A DNA stretch of 64,000 nt. It comes from Gammaproteobacteria bacterium. GTDB lineage: Bacteria; Pseudomonadota; Gammaproteobacteria; Natronospirales; REEB76. Position numbers and translations under genes: made by a program. The stretch lies in NCBI GenBank assembly GCA_035279405.1, contig DATEHU010000034.1, positions 192,175-256,174 of the forward strand, in the 5' to 3' direction. Shown here piece by piece: positions 22,864-32,131 of the stretch. The first letter of the stretch is position 1. Every line of letters begins with the position of its first letter. The notes under the pieces are model-generated. The model did no database searches, was not told the DNA's origin, and saw only the letters and a program-made list of their open reading frames with translations.

Positions 22864-22897
22864 CTGAAAAACAGCGGGGGCCGTTTACAGCCCCCGC
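22864..22897 (-). terminator. Rho-independent terminator-like hairpin after satP
   Basis: GCGGGGGC (22874-22881) pairs with GCCCCCGC (22890-22897) in an 8-bp stem, followed on the minus strand by TGTTTTT. Confidence 0.55.
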
Positions 22898-22914
22898 ACT
22901 TTTGCTTTGGTGTA

Positions 22915-23499
22915 TCAGCCGCCTATCGGTCCAAGCGGCAGCACCGTGCGCTTGAAGGTGCTGTTGGTGACGATCGCGAAACTCGTGTACATCGCGATGA
23001 CACCGCAGATCACGCCCAGCCAGCCGCCCGCGAGGCCCAACGTCTTGCTGCCGGTCAGCCCGCCGATGCCCAACAGGAAGTAGGTAACCCACAGGGTGAG
23101 GAATATCCACCACAGGGCCCAGTTCAGCTTGAAGGTTCCAACCCACATGTACAGAGTGAAAAAGCCCCACAGGATCAGCGCAACGTTGATCCCGTTGCCG
23201 ACACCGGACAAATCCAGTGACTTCATGCCGCCGAGCCAGAGCAGCAACGCGAACCATACCCAGAACGCACCGTACGAAATAAACGCGGTCATGCCAAACG
23301 TGTTGCCGGTTTTAGCTTCGAGCACCCCGGCCACGATTTGCATGAGGCCGCCATAGATGAAGGCCAGCGGCAGCACGACCGCCAAGCTACCGCTCGGTAC
23401 CATGCCGGCGTTGACCAGGCTCAACATGACGGTAGTGAGTCCGAAACATATCAGCCCCAATGCCGCCGGATTGGCCTGGGGATTAGCTTGTTCTGCCAT
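22915..23499 (-). CDS. satP: Acetate/succinate uptake transporter, GPR1/FUN34/YaaH (SatP) family
   Basis: NPAALGLICFGLTT and NTFGMTAFISYGAFW family motifs, 6 TM, located upstream of acs. Confidence 0.9.
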   Translation of the reverse strand: MAEQANPQANPAALGLICFGLTTVMLSLVNAGMVPSGSLAVVLPLAFIYGGLMQIVAGVLEAKTGNTFGMTAFISYGAFWVWFALLLWLGGMKSLDLSGVGNGINVALILWGFFTLYMWVGTFKLNWALWWIFLTLWVTYFLLGIGGLTGSKTLGLAGGWLGVICGVIAMYTSFAIVTNSTFKRTVLPLGPIGG

Positions 23500-23839
23500 T
23501 GAGATCTCCTCCCATAGTTATCGAGCGCCAAAGGTTATATGCCTAAGTACTGTGCTCCGCAAGAGCCTGAATCAGCCCCGGGACGACAACCGAAGCCGGA
23601 GAGGCCGCGCGCAAATCGCCGCATGTGATGAATCGCCGCTATTTGCTCAATTTAAATAACCACTTAGCGTTGCCAGTTGCGTAGTCAACTGAGTTGTTAT
23701 ATGTGGATTGCAGTTGCCCAGTGCGTGGATGGTGCTTGACAGGAAGGAGCAGCCAAGAGTAAAACCTTGCGTATCTCAAGGCCTTGACCGGCCCATTCGA
23801 ACACTCAATCCGTTTGTGATTTCCCAGGGGAGAATCGCC

Positions 23840-25069
23840 ATGAGCAAGAACAGCATCAAGACAGGCGTAATCTTCGGTTTGATAGCTTCTCTGTTTTTTG
23901 CCACCGCAGTATTTGCGGATCCACCCGCGAGTTCCGGTCCCACCATCAGCTTCCACGGTTTTGTCAGCACCAGCTTCTTCTGGCAAAACCAGGACTTCAC
24001 TTTCGGCAACGGCCAGAACGCGGAATGGCCGGTGACCAATGCCGGCTCGAACCATAATCTCTCGGGCTTCGATGTGCGCAATACGCGTGCCTGGATAGAC
24101 ATTTCCGGGGTCAGCCTCTCGAATGGCTGGACGGTGAGCGGGCATCTGGAAGGCGATTTCTTCGGCGGCTTCAACGGCGCTGGGGCGTACAGTTCGCAGC
24201 AGCAGACGCCGCGATTGCGGCAGGCGTTCATGAAGGTTTCAAACGCCGACAGTGGCAGCAGCTTCACCATCGGCCAGCAATGGGATCTGCTGTTTCCCAT
24301 AGATGCGATTCCCGAATCCCTCGCACATATCGCTTTTCCGCTGGGCTTCGGGAGCGGCATGATCGGCTGGCGGTTCCCGGGCGTGGTGTACTCGCAGGCT
24401 CTGGGTCAGTCGTCGTCGGATTCCATGGCATGGCGGCTGGATCTGGGGGCGTTTTCGGGTTCCTGGAATGGCCCCGGCTCCAACACCAATTTCGATACCG
24501 CCGCGAATGTAGACTTCCGTCCGCAGATCGAGGCGCGCCTGCATGCACAGGAGGGCGACTGGCACGGATTCGTGGTTGGTCATTACAGCAGTGAGGATTT
24601 GAGCGGTGTGACCGGCACTTCGCCCACGCCGATCACCGGCACGATCACTTCTTCGGCCCTGGAAATCGGCACCGGCTGGCATCCCGGTCCGTGGTCAGTG
24701 GTGGCCACCGCCTACACCGGCAAGGGCTTGGGCCAGGTTTTCGGGGCGCTTGCCCAGTTCGGCAACATCAGTGAGCACGGTATTTACGCACAGGGTGGCT
24801 ACAAGTTCACACCCAGTTGGGGCCTGTATGTGTCCTATGCCACCGCGCAACCCAATGAAAGCGATGTGATCACCTGGATCGGAAATGGCGCCAGCGGCCT
24901 GCTGAAATCCCGGCAATACGCCGCAGACCTGATTTTCGGCGATGGTCCGTTCGGATTCGGTGTGGAGTGGATGCATGCCAGCCTGGACAGCACCACGGCC
25001 GCGACGGCGCCCGCAGTGACTACCACCAGCGGCAATCAGATCTCGCTCAGCGCCATTTATAAATTCTAG
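23840..25069 (+). CDS. Outer-membrane porin-like beta-barrel protein
   Basis: Signal peptide MSKNSIKTGVIFGLIASLFFATAVFA, alternating beta-strand pattern, and C-terminal ...SLSAIYKF. GGGGAG lies upstream of the ATG at 23840. Confidence 0.7.
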   Translation: MSKNSIKTGVIFGLIASLFFATAVFADPPASSGPTISFHGFVSTSFFWQNQDFTFGNGQNAEWPVTNAGSNHNLSGFDVRNTRAWIDISGVSLSNGWTVSGHLEGDFFGGFNGAGAYSSQQQTPRLRQAFMKVSNADSGSSFTIGQQWDLLFPIDAIPESLAHIAFPLGFGSGMIGWRFPGVVYSQALGQSSSDSMAWRLDLGAFSGSWNGPGSNTNFDTAANVDFRPQIEARLHAQEGDWHGFVVGHYSSEDLSGVTGTSPTPITGTITSSALEIGTGWHPGPWSVVATAYTGKGLGQVFGALAQFGNISEHGIYAQGGYKFTPSWGLYVSYATAQPNESDVITWIGNGASGLLKSRQYAADLIFGDGPFGFGVEWMHASLDSTTAATAPAVTTTSGNQISLSAIYKF

Positions 25070-25092
25070 CTTGGTAGTTTTCCGGCTCGATC

Positions 25093-25118
25093 GCGGGTGC
25101 CCTTAAAGGGGCACCCGC
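25093..25118 (+). terminator. Stem-loop after the porin gene (no U-tract)
   Basis: GCGGGTGCCC (25093-25102) pairs with GGGCACCCGC (25109-25118) in a 10-bp stem. Confidence 0.4.
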
Positions 25119-25185
25119 ACGGCCGCTGCTCAGGACGGTCACCGGGGCGGCTCTGTCGCAGTTTATCCAGTCGAGGAGGTTAGCC

Positions 25186-26598
25186 ATGAAAAGATACTTG
25201 TCGCAATGTAGTGTCACGCTTGCAGCGCTGCTGCTGTCAGCGTCCGTAATGGCGGCGGTTCCCCAGCCCGCGCCCGTGCATTTCCCCTCGAAGTTCGGCT
25301 CCATGAACTTCCCGGCCAAATTCCCGACGGGTACCACGCTCACTATTACCCAATGGAGCCATTTCGTGCCGCGCTACGACAAGTGGTTCGACCCCTACGC
25401 GCAGGAGTGGGGCAAACAGAACAATGTCAAGGTCACCGTGCAGCACATCAATCTGGGTGATCTGGTGCCGACACTGGCCGCCGCGGTGGCCGCCGGCAAA
25501 GGTGCGACGCTGTTCGAGATGATATCGCCGCCGGCGTCATTCATTCAGGGATTGCAGAACCTCGATGCCGTAAACCATGCAGCGGAGCAGGCGTTCGGCA
25601 AGCAAGAGGCGGTTTGCACCAGCCAGACCTATCTGCCGATCAAGCACGAATGGTATGGCTATTGTCACGGCTGGGTACCGGACCCGGGCGATTACCGCGT
25701 GTCGCTGTGGAAAGACGCTGGCTATCCCACCGGCCCGCACACCTACGCGGATCTGTATGACGGCGGCGTGAAGATCTTCAAGAAGACCGGCATCCCGGTG
25801 GGTGTGGGCATGTCGCCGGAACTCGATTCCGAGTTCTACACACGTTCGCTGATCTGGTCCTACGGTGGCGAGGTGTTCGACAAGTGCGGTGACGTGGCGC
25901 TGGACTCGCCGCAAGTGGTGGCGGCGGTGGCATACCAGGCCAAGCTGTTCAAGGATGCGGAGACTCCGGAGGTGTTTGCCTGGAACCCAGCCTCCAACAA
26001 CCAGGGATTCGTCTCCGGTCAGCTTTCCTATATCCAGAACTCCATCTCGTTCTACCGCACTGCGCAGGCATCCGCTCCCGCGAACGCCGAGGACACGGGC
26101 TTCAGCCCCGGCCTCAAGGGCCCCGGCGGTCAGGTGCACCAGACCTCGCACGTGTGGTTCATCTACGTGATGCCCAAGTACGTCACAAATCCAGAGCAGA
26201 AGCGGGCGGCCGAGAAATTCCTGCTTGACCTCACCGCCAATTACAGCTGGGCGACCTACGAGAGCGAACTGTACAATTTCCCGGCTTTCCCCAAGTCCGT
26301 GCCGCAGTTGTTCGAGAAGGGCGGCTGGCTGGCGCACGATCCCTGGGGCTCGAAACCCGCTGACAAACTCGAAGTGCTGCGCAATGCCGCCACCTGGACT
26401 GCATGGCCAGGCTATCCGGGTTTCGCCAATCCGGCGGTGAGCGAGGTGTACAACACACACCTGCTCAGCACCATGATGGCGCAGACCGCACGCGGGGAAA
26501 AAACTCCGGCGCAGGCGGTCAAGGACACGGCCGCGCAGATTGCCAGCATCGTCGCCAAGTGGAAAAAGCTGGGCTTCGTCGGTTGTCCAGCCAAGTGA
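25186..26598 (+). CDS. ABC transporter substrate-binding protein (sugar type, family 1)
   Basis: Signal peptide, 470 aa, GAGGAGG RBS, followed by the ATPase and two permeases. Confidence 0.88.
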   Translation: MKRYLSQCSVTLAALLLSASVMAAVPQPAPVHFPSKFGSMNFPAKFPTGTTLTITQWSHFVPRYDKWFDPYAQEWGKQNNVKVTVQHINLGDLVPTLAAAVAAGKGATLFEMISPPASFIQGLQNLDAVNHAAEQAFGKQEAVCTSQTYLPIKHEWYGYCHGWVPDPGDYRVSLWKDAGYPTGPHTYADLYDGGVKIFKKTGIPVGVGMSPELDSEFYTRSLIWSYGGEVFDKCGDVALDSPQVVAAVAYQAKLFKDAETPEVFAWNPASNNQGFVSGQLSYIQNSISFYRTAQASAPANAEDTGFSPGLKGPGGQVHQTSHVWFIYVMPKYVTNPEQKRAAEKFLLDLTANYSWATYESELYNFPAFPKSVPQLFEKGGWLAHDPWGSKPADKLEVLRNAATWTAWPGYPGFANPAVSEVYNTHLLSTMMAQTARGEKTPAQAVKDTAAQIASIVAKWKKLGFVGCPAK

Positions 26599-26624
26599 GG
26601 TATTGCGGAGTGCGAGTCTGATGC

Positions 26625-27656
26625 ATGGCGACGCTTGAACTGCGGGGCATAAAAAAACACTACGGCAACATCCACGCAGTAGATGGCGTTGACTTGGCGA
26701 TTGCCGAGGGCGAGTTCTTGGCGATCCTCGGGCCGTCGGGATGCGGCAAAAGCACCCTGATGCGCATGATTGCCGGACTCGAGATGCCAAGCGCCGGCGA
26801 GGTGCTGATCGGCGGGCAGCCGGTCACGCACCTGCCGCCGCGTGCGCGCAACGTGTCCATGGTGTTCCAGAGCTACGCGTTGTATCCGCACATGGTGGTG
26901 GCGGAGAACATTGCGTTTCCGCTCAAGGCGCGGCGCGTGCCGCGCGCCGAGCGCGAGGCCAAGGTCAAATGGGCCTCGGCGCTGCTCGGCATCGAGCCGC
27001 TGCTCAAGCGCCGGCCGGCGCGACTCTCCGGCGGCGAAAAACAGAAAGTCGCGCTGGCGCGTGCGCTGGTGCGTGATCCCACGCTGTTCATCTTCGACGA
27101 GCCGCTGAGTTCGCTCGACGCCCAGGTGCGCGCCATGGCGCGCAGCGAGTTGCGCCAGTTGCACGAGCGCACCGGCATCACCACGGTGTACGTCACGCAT
27201 GACCAGCTCGAAGCGCTCAGCATGGGCGATCGCATCGCCATCATGAAAAGCGGCCGGGTGCGTCAGGTAGGCACGCCGCAGCAGTTGTACGATCAGCCGG
27301 CCGACACTTTCGTGGCGGCGTTTCTCGGCACCCCGCCGATGAACCTGCTGGAACGCGACGGCCGCATCGTGGGTTTCCGACCGGAATACCTGCGGCCCGT
27401 GTTGTCGGCTGCGCCAGGCGCGGACGCGCTGCGCCTGGCCGTGCATATCATCGAACTCGAATTCCTGGGAGCGGAATGGCAGGTGTACGGCCAGCTCGAG
27501 AACGGTGCGAAGCCGCAGAAGCTGATCGCCAAGGCAGCACCGGCGGTGGCCGCCGGCCTACGCGTTGGCGAAACGCGCGAGTTCGCGGTGGAGCGTACGC
27601 ATCTGCGGCTTTTCGATCCGGCCACCGGCCTGCGGGTCAACAATGGCACGCGCTGA
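26625..27656 (+). CDS. ABC transporter ATP-binding protein (MalK/UgpC-like)
   Basis: Walker A GPSGCGKST, signature LSGGEKQKVALARA, Walker B LFIFDEPLS, and a C-terminal regulatory domain. Confidence 0.95.
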   Translation: MATLELRGIKKHYGNIHAVDGVDLAIAEGEFLAILGPSGCGKSTLMRMIAGLEMPSAGEVLIGGQPVTHLPPRARNVSMVFQSYALYPHMVVAENIAFPLKARRVPRAEREAKVKWASALLGIEPLLKRRPARLSGGEKQKVALARALVRDPTLFIFDEPLSSLDAQVRAMARSELRQLHERTGITTVYVTHDQLEALSMGDRIAIMKSGRVRQVGTPQQLYDQPADTFVAAFLGTPPMNLLERDGRIVGFRPEYLRPVLSAAPGADALRLAVHIIELEFLGAEWQVYGQLENGAKPQKLIAKAAPAVAAGLRVGETREFAVERTHLRLFDPATGLRVNNGTR

Positions 27657-28578
27657 AGCCGCGGCGCGTATCGGGGTGGGTGACCGCGAGGGCCTGCTGG
27701 GCACGCTGATGCTGGCACCGGCGCTGGTGTACATCGCCGCGCTCGTGGGGTTGCCGTTCTGCCTGGCCATCGCACTCAGCCTGTCGAGTGCCACCATTGG
27801 CAACCCCGGCATCCATCACTTCGTGGGCTTGGCGAATTTCATCAGTGCGGTACACGAATCGGCGTTTCCCCTGGCGCTGCGCAACAGCGTGATCGTCACG
27901 GCCGCCACCCTGATCATCACACTGGTGCTGGCGACCGCGGAATCGGAGCTGCTGGCGCACGATTTCCGCGGCAAATGGTTCTGGCAAATATTGATAATTC
28001 TGCCCTGGGCCATGCCGGTGTCGTTGGCGGCGGTGAACTGGTTGTGGTTGCTTGACTCGGAATTCAGCCCGGTGGACTGGATCCTGCGCCAGATCCACCT
28101 GTTGGGTCCCGGTACGATCTTCGGTCCCGCCAATCACCTGTATTACTATGGCCGCGAGTGGCTGGGACTGGCCTCGATCGTGACCATCAACGTGTGGCGG
28201 CTGCTGCCGCTGGCCACCATCATCGTGCTCGCCGGGCGCACCTCGATCCCGCGTGATATCTTCGAGCAAGCGCAGGTGGACGGCGCGCGGTTTTTCCGCG
28301 TGCTGTTCCAGATCACGATACCGGCGCTGCTGCCGATCCTGGTGGTCGCGGCGATGTTCACCGCGCTCTTGGTGTTCGGCGACATGACGGTGGTGGCCAT
28401 CACCACCCGCGGCGGGCCGGGTTATGCGACCCAACTGCTGCCGTACTGGGCCTATCTCAAGGGTATCGAGGGTGGCGCCCTCAGCGAGGGTGCGGCGATC
28501 GCGTTGTTCATGTTCCCGATCCTGCTGGCGGTCGCCATTTTGGCGCTGCGCATGGCATACCGCGCGGAAGAGCGCTAG
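27643..28578 (+). CDS. ABC transporter permease (MalF/UgpA-like)
   Basis: 6-TM permease with an EAA-like loop (IFEQAQVDGARFFRVLFQITIP). ATG at 27643 overlaps the ATPase stop by 14 nt. The ORF-track start at 27565 is rejected. Confidence 0.9.
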   Translation: MARAEAAARIGVGDREGLLGTLMLAPALVYIAALVGLPFCLAIALSLSSATIGNPGIHHFVGLANFISAVHESAFPLALRNSVIVTAATLIITLVLATAESELLAHDFRGKWFWQILIILPWAMPVSLAAVNWLWLLDSEFSPVDWILRQIHLLGPGTIFGPANHLYYYGREWLGLASIVTINVWRLLPLATIIVLAGRTSIPRDIFEQAQVDGARFFRVLFQITIPALLPILVVAAMFTALLVFGDMTVVAITTRGGPGYATQLLPYWAYLKGIEGGALSEGAAIALFMFPILLAVAILALRMAYRAEER

Positions 28579-28590
28579 CGGGAGGGCACG

Positions 28591-29436
28591 ATGATGCGGT
28601 GGTTACGCAAACTGGGGTTCTGGGCGGGGCTGGGGTTGTTTGCCATTTTCGCGATTTTCCCCGCGGCCTGGATGGTCATTTCCTCATTCAAGCAGGACCA
28701 GGACCTCTACAACGTCGCCAACGACCCTTTCAAATACAATCTGGCCCCGACGTTCAAGAACATCACCTTGCTGTTCACCGGTACGAATTACCCGATTTTC
28801 CTGTGGAACTCGTTCTACATCGGCGTGATCGTGGTCATCATCACGCTGCTGCTGTCGCTGCCGGCGGCCTACAGCCTGTCGCGGCTCGCGGGACGCTGGG
28901 GCGAGCGCTCCGGCATCGCAATTTTCCTCGTGTACCTGATTCCACCGACACTGCTGTTCATCCCGCTGTATCGGATCGTCACCTTCCTGCAAACGGCCAA
29001 TACCGTATGGTCCTTGGTGCTGGTGTACCCCACGATCACCGTACCGTTTTGCACCTGGCTGCTGCTGGGATTCTTCAAGTCCATGCCGCGTGAGGTGGAA
29101 GAAGCGGCGCTGATTGACGGCTGCAGCCGCTGGCAGGCGTTCCTGCGCGTGGCGTTGCCGCTTGCCGGACCCGGGATCGCCACCTGCGTGGTGTTTGCCT
29201 TTGCGCTGTCGCTCAGTGATTACATTTACGCGGCGGTGTTCGTCAGCTCCACCGCCAGCCGCACGGTGAGCGCCGGTGTGCCCACCGAGCTGATCCGCGG
29301 TGACATCTACTACTGGCAGTCGCTGATGGCGGCCGCCGCCATTGTCGCAATCCCGCTGGCGGTGGCCTACGGTTTGTTGTTCGATCGCCTGGTGAAGGGC
29401 TTCCAGAGTGAGCCAGCCGGCGAGAAGGGCGGCTAA
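28591..29436 (+). CDS. ABC transporter permease (MalG/UgpE-like)
   Basis: 6-TM permease with the EAA loop EVEEAALIDGCSRWQAFLRVALPLAGPG. Confidence 0.9.
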   Translation: MMRWLRKLGFWAGLGLFAIFAIFPAAWMVISSFKQDQDLYNVANDPFKYNLAPTFKNITLLFTGTNYPIFLWNSFYIGVIVVIITLLLSLPAAYSLSRLAGRWGERSGIAIFLVYLIPPTLLFIPLYRIVTFLQTANTVWSLVLVYPTITVPFCTWLLLGFFKSMPREVEEAALIDGCSRWQAFLRVALPLAGPGIATCVVFAFALSLSDYIYAAVFVSSTASRTVSAGVPTELIRGDIYYWQSLMAAAAIVAIPLAVAYGLLFDRLVKGFQSEPAGEKGG

Positions 29437-30962
29437 GCCGGCAGACTGAAATCCGGCCCTGCGGCTCCGGCTTCCGGCCAGCGCGCGCTCACGGTTTTCA
29501 AGCGAGTGTAGAAGCGCACGCCGTCTTGGCCATGCACGTGCAACGGGCCAAACAGCGAACGCTTCCAGCCGCCGAAACTGTGGAACGCCATGGGCACGGG
29601 GATCGGCACATTGATGCCCACCATGCCGGCGTGTACTGCGTGGCTGAAGCGGCGCGCGGCGGCGCCGTCCCGGGTGAAAAGGCTCGCCGCATTGCCGTAT
29701 TCGTGTCGATTGATGAGTCCGATGGCTTCATCCAGATCGCGCACGCGCAGCACCACCAGCACCGGCCCGAATATTTCCTCGCGGTAGATGCGCATCGCGG
29801 GCGTGACCCGGTCAAACAGACAGGGACCGAGAAAAAATCCCGCATCATGACCGGTCACGCACAGTCCACGGCCGTCCACCACCAGCTCGGCGCCTTCGGC
29901 GACACCCGCTTCCACGTAAGCAAGCACGCGTGCACGATGCGCGGCGGTCACCAGCGGTCCCATCTCCGAGGCGGCTTGGCTGCCCGGTCCGACGTGCAAC
30001 TTGCGGGCGCGCTCGGCGAGCGCGTCCACCAGCGGTTCGGCGGACGCGCCTACCGCTACCGCCACGGACACCGACATGCAACGCTCACCGGCTGAACCAT
30101 AAGCCGAGCCGATAAGCGCGTCGGCCGCTTGCCGGGTATCCGCGTCCGGCATCACCACCAAGTGATTCTTGGCGCCGCCGAGTGCCTGCACGCGCTTGCC
30201 GTGACGGCTGGCCTCGGCGTAGATGCGTTCGGCGACCGGCGTGGAGCCCACGAAACTCACCGCCGCCGTGCGGGGCTCGGCGAGGAGCACGTCCACGGTC
30301 TGGCGGTCCCCGTTTATCACATTGAATACGCCCGGCGGCAGGCCGGCCGCGGTGAACAGCTCCGCCAGCCGCAGTGGGCAGGAGGGGTCTTTCTCCGAGG
30401 GTTTGAGCACGAAGCTGTTGCCGCAGGCGATGGCAATCGGAAACATCCACAACGGCACCATGGCGGGGAAATTGAACGGCGTGATGCCGACGCACACACC
30501 GAGCGGCTGGCGCAGCGACCAGCTGTCAATGCCGGAGGAAACGCTGTCGGAAAACTCGCCCTTGAGAAGATGCGGAATGCCGCAGGCGAACTCCACGACC
30601 TCGATACCGCGGCGCAACTCGCCGCGCGCATCGTCGAGCGTCTTGCCGTGTTCGCGCGTAATCAGCAGGGCGAGGGCGTCGCTCTCACGCAGCAACAGGT
30701 CGCGGTAGCGGAACAATATCTGTGCACGGCGGGCCGGCGGTACGGCGGCCCAGCGGGGAAATGCTGCGGCCGCGGCGTTTATCGCCGCAGCGACTTCCGC
30801 TTCACCGGCGTACAGCAGTTCTGCAGCAGGTGTGCCGCTCGCCGGTTCGTATACTGGTCCGCAACGCCCTGCATTGCTGCCTACCGGCCCGCCATTGATG
30901 TAATGGCCCAGCCGGCGCGTCGCCGGCTGTTTGCCACCATCGGCTTGCCGTTGGGTATGCAT
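29433..30962 (-). CDS. mmsA: CoA-acylating methylmalonate-semialdehyde dehydrogenase
   Basis: ALDH superfamily with FNFPAMVPLWMFPIAIACGNSFVLKPSEKDP, typical of MMSDH. Start taken at MHTQRQ; the true start could be slightly downstream. Confidence 0.88.
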   Translation of the reverse strand: MHTQRQADGGKQPATRRLGHYINGGPVGSNAGRCGPVYEPASGTPAAELLYAGEAEVAAAINAAAAAFPRWAAVPPARRAQILFRYRDLLLRESDALALLITREHGKTLDDARGELRRGIEVVEFACGIPHLLKGEFSDSVSSGIDSWSLRQPLGVCVGITPFNFPAMVPLWMFPIAIACGNSFVLKPSEKDPSCPLRLAELFTAAGLPPGVFNVINGDRQTVDVLLAEPRTAAVSFVGSTPVAERIYAEASRHGKRVQALGGAKNHLVVMPDADTRQAADALIGSAYGSAGERCMSVSVAVAVGASAEPLVDALAERARKLHVGPGSQAASEMGPLVTAAHRARVLAYVEAGVAEGAELVVDGRGLCVTGHDAGFFLGPCLFDRVTPAMRIYREEIFGPVLVVLRVRDLDEAIGLINRHEYGNAASLFTRDGAAARRFSHAVHAGMVGINVPIPVPMAFHSFGGWKRSLFGPLHVHGQDGVRFYTRLKTVSARWPEAGAAGPDFSLPA

Positions 30963-31015
30963 GCCATTTCCTCGCTGCGGCAAAGTGTACGCCGTCACTT
31001 GGACGGCGTGCAGGT

Positions 31016-31786
31016 TCAGGGACCACTGAGTTCGGCGGTGACCGGCGTGTGGTCCGAAGGCCGCTCCCAACTGCGCGGCTCGCGGTCAATAACGGTAGCG
31101 GCGGAGCGCTCGGCCAGGGCCGGCGACAGCAGGATGTGGTCAATGCGCATACCCTGGTTGCGGCGGAACGCGGCCGCACGGTAATCCCACCAGCTGTAAT
31201 GCCCGCCGCCATCGGTGTGCAGCCGGAAACTGTCGCGCAGACCGTGGTCGAGCAGCCGCCGGAACGCGTTGCGTTCCGGATCGCTGACCAGCACCTGGCC
31301 TTGCCAAGCCGCCGGGTCATGGACGTCGCGGTCCTCGGGAGCGATGTTGAAATCACCCAACATCACGAGCTGCGGATGGTCGCGCAGCAGTTGTGCCGTC
31401 CAGAGATCGAGTTGTGCCAGCCAGTCGAGCTTGTAGCGGTACTTGTCGGAGTCCACGCTCTGGCCGTTCGGCACATACAAATCCAGCACCGCCAGCTCGC
31501 CGTACCTGGCCAGCAGCACCCGCTTTTGCACATCTTCGAAATCGGGCAGAGCGGTGGCGATGACTTCCGGCGGTTCACGGCTCAGGAGCGCGACGCCATT
31601 GTAGGTGGGCTGTCCGGCGAACACCGCATGGTAACCCGCACGCTCGAATTCACCGACCGGAAAGTCGCGGTCCTCGGTCTTGGTTTCTTGCAGCGCAAGC
31701 ACGTCCGGCTGGTGGGTTTCCAGCCAGCGCAACACGTGCGGCAAACGCACGCGGAGGCTGTTGATATTCCAAGTCGCTATTTTCAT
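31016..31786 (-). CDS. xthA: Exodeoxyribonuclease III
   Basis: [15 protein letters not shown]...LALQETK N-terminus, 256 aa, and a C-terminal SDHTPV motif. Confidence 0.93.
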   Translation of the reverse strand: MKIATWNINSLRVRLPHVLRWLETHQPDVLALQETKTEDRDFPVGEFERAGYHAVFAGQPTYNGVALLSREPPEVIATALPDFEDVQKRVLLARYGELAVLDLYVPNGQSVDSDKYRYKLDWLAQLDLWTAQLLRDHPQLVMLGDFNIAPEDRDVHDPAAWQGQVLVSDPERNAFRRLLDHGLRDSFRLHTDGGGHYSWWDYRAAAFRRNQGMRIDHILLSPALAERSAATVIDREPRSWERPSDHTPVTAELSGP

Positions 31787-31814
31787 GGATGCATCCGGCT
31801 CACGGCACCATCCT

Positions 31815-31974
31815 TGGCAGGTTGGCCAGCCCGGCCCGCAACGCTCCGCGTCCTGCTGCGCTCGCGGTCCAGGGCGTACATCCTTGTACGCCCGCTCGAA
31901 GCCACGCTTCTCGCCCTTGGCCGGGCGCTCGCGGCGCGAAGCAGTGCTTCGCGTAAATTCGCCGACTCGCCCAA
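31815..31974. repeat. REP-like intergenic repeat, long copy
   Basis: GGTTGGCCAGCCC ... GGGCGTACA-TCCT-TGTACGCCC hairpin ... GCGAAGCAGTGCTTCGCGTAAATTCGCCGACTCGCCCAAG. Related to 32017-32101. Confidence 0.6.
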
Positions 31975-32016
31975 GTGGCGATTCTCATGTTTCAACGGGA
32001 TTCATCGAGCCGTCCG

Positions 32017-32101
32017 TGGCGGGTTGGCCAGCCCATACATCCATGTATGGGCGTTCGCCGGCGCGAAGCGGTGTGTCGCATAAATTCGCCGGCTCGCCCA
32101 G
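32017..32101. repeat. REP-like intergenic repeat, short copy
   Basis: GGTTGGCCAGCC-CATACATCCATGTATGGG ... GCGAAGCGGTGTGTCGCATAAATTCGCCGGCTCGCCCAGG. Has the same ends as the long copy with an internal deletion. Confidence 0.6.
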
Positions 32102-32131
32102 GCTGCTATCATCATTTTGATACTGCAAATA

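Noticed and set aside
21122-22867. 581-aa plus-strand ORF.
   Set aside because: Antisense to acs, with no recognisable motifs and shadow-frame composition. The same reasoning covers 25537-26790, 26412-27446, 27637-28434, 30129-31184, 31049-32083, 34268-35668, 51741-52718, 50564-51403 and 17280-18395.
23736-23765. Possible sigma-70 promoter TTGACA-N18-TAAAAC upstream of the porin gene.
   Set aside because: The -35 is perfect but the -10 is only 4/6, and there is no supporting evidence. The call is too uncertain to list as a feature.
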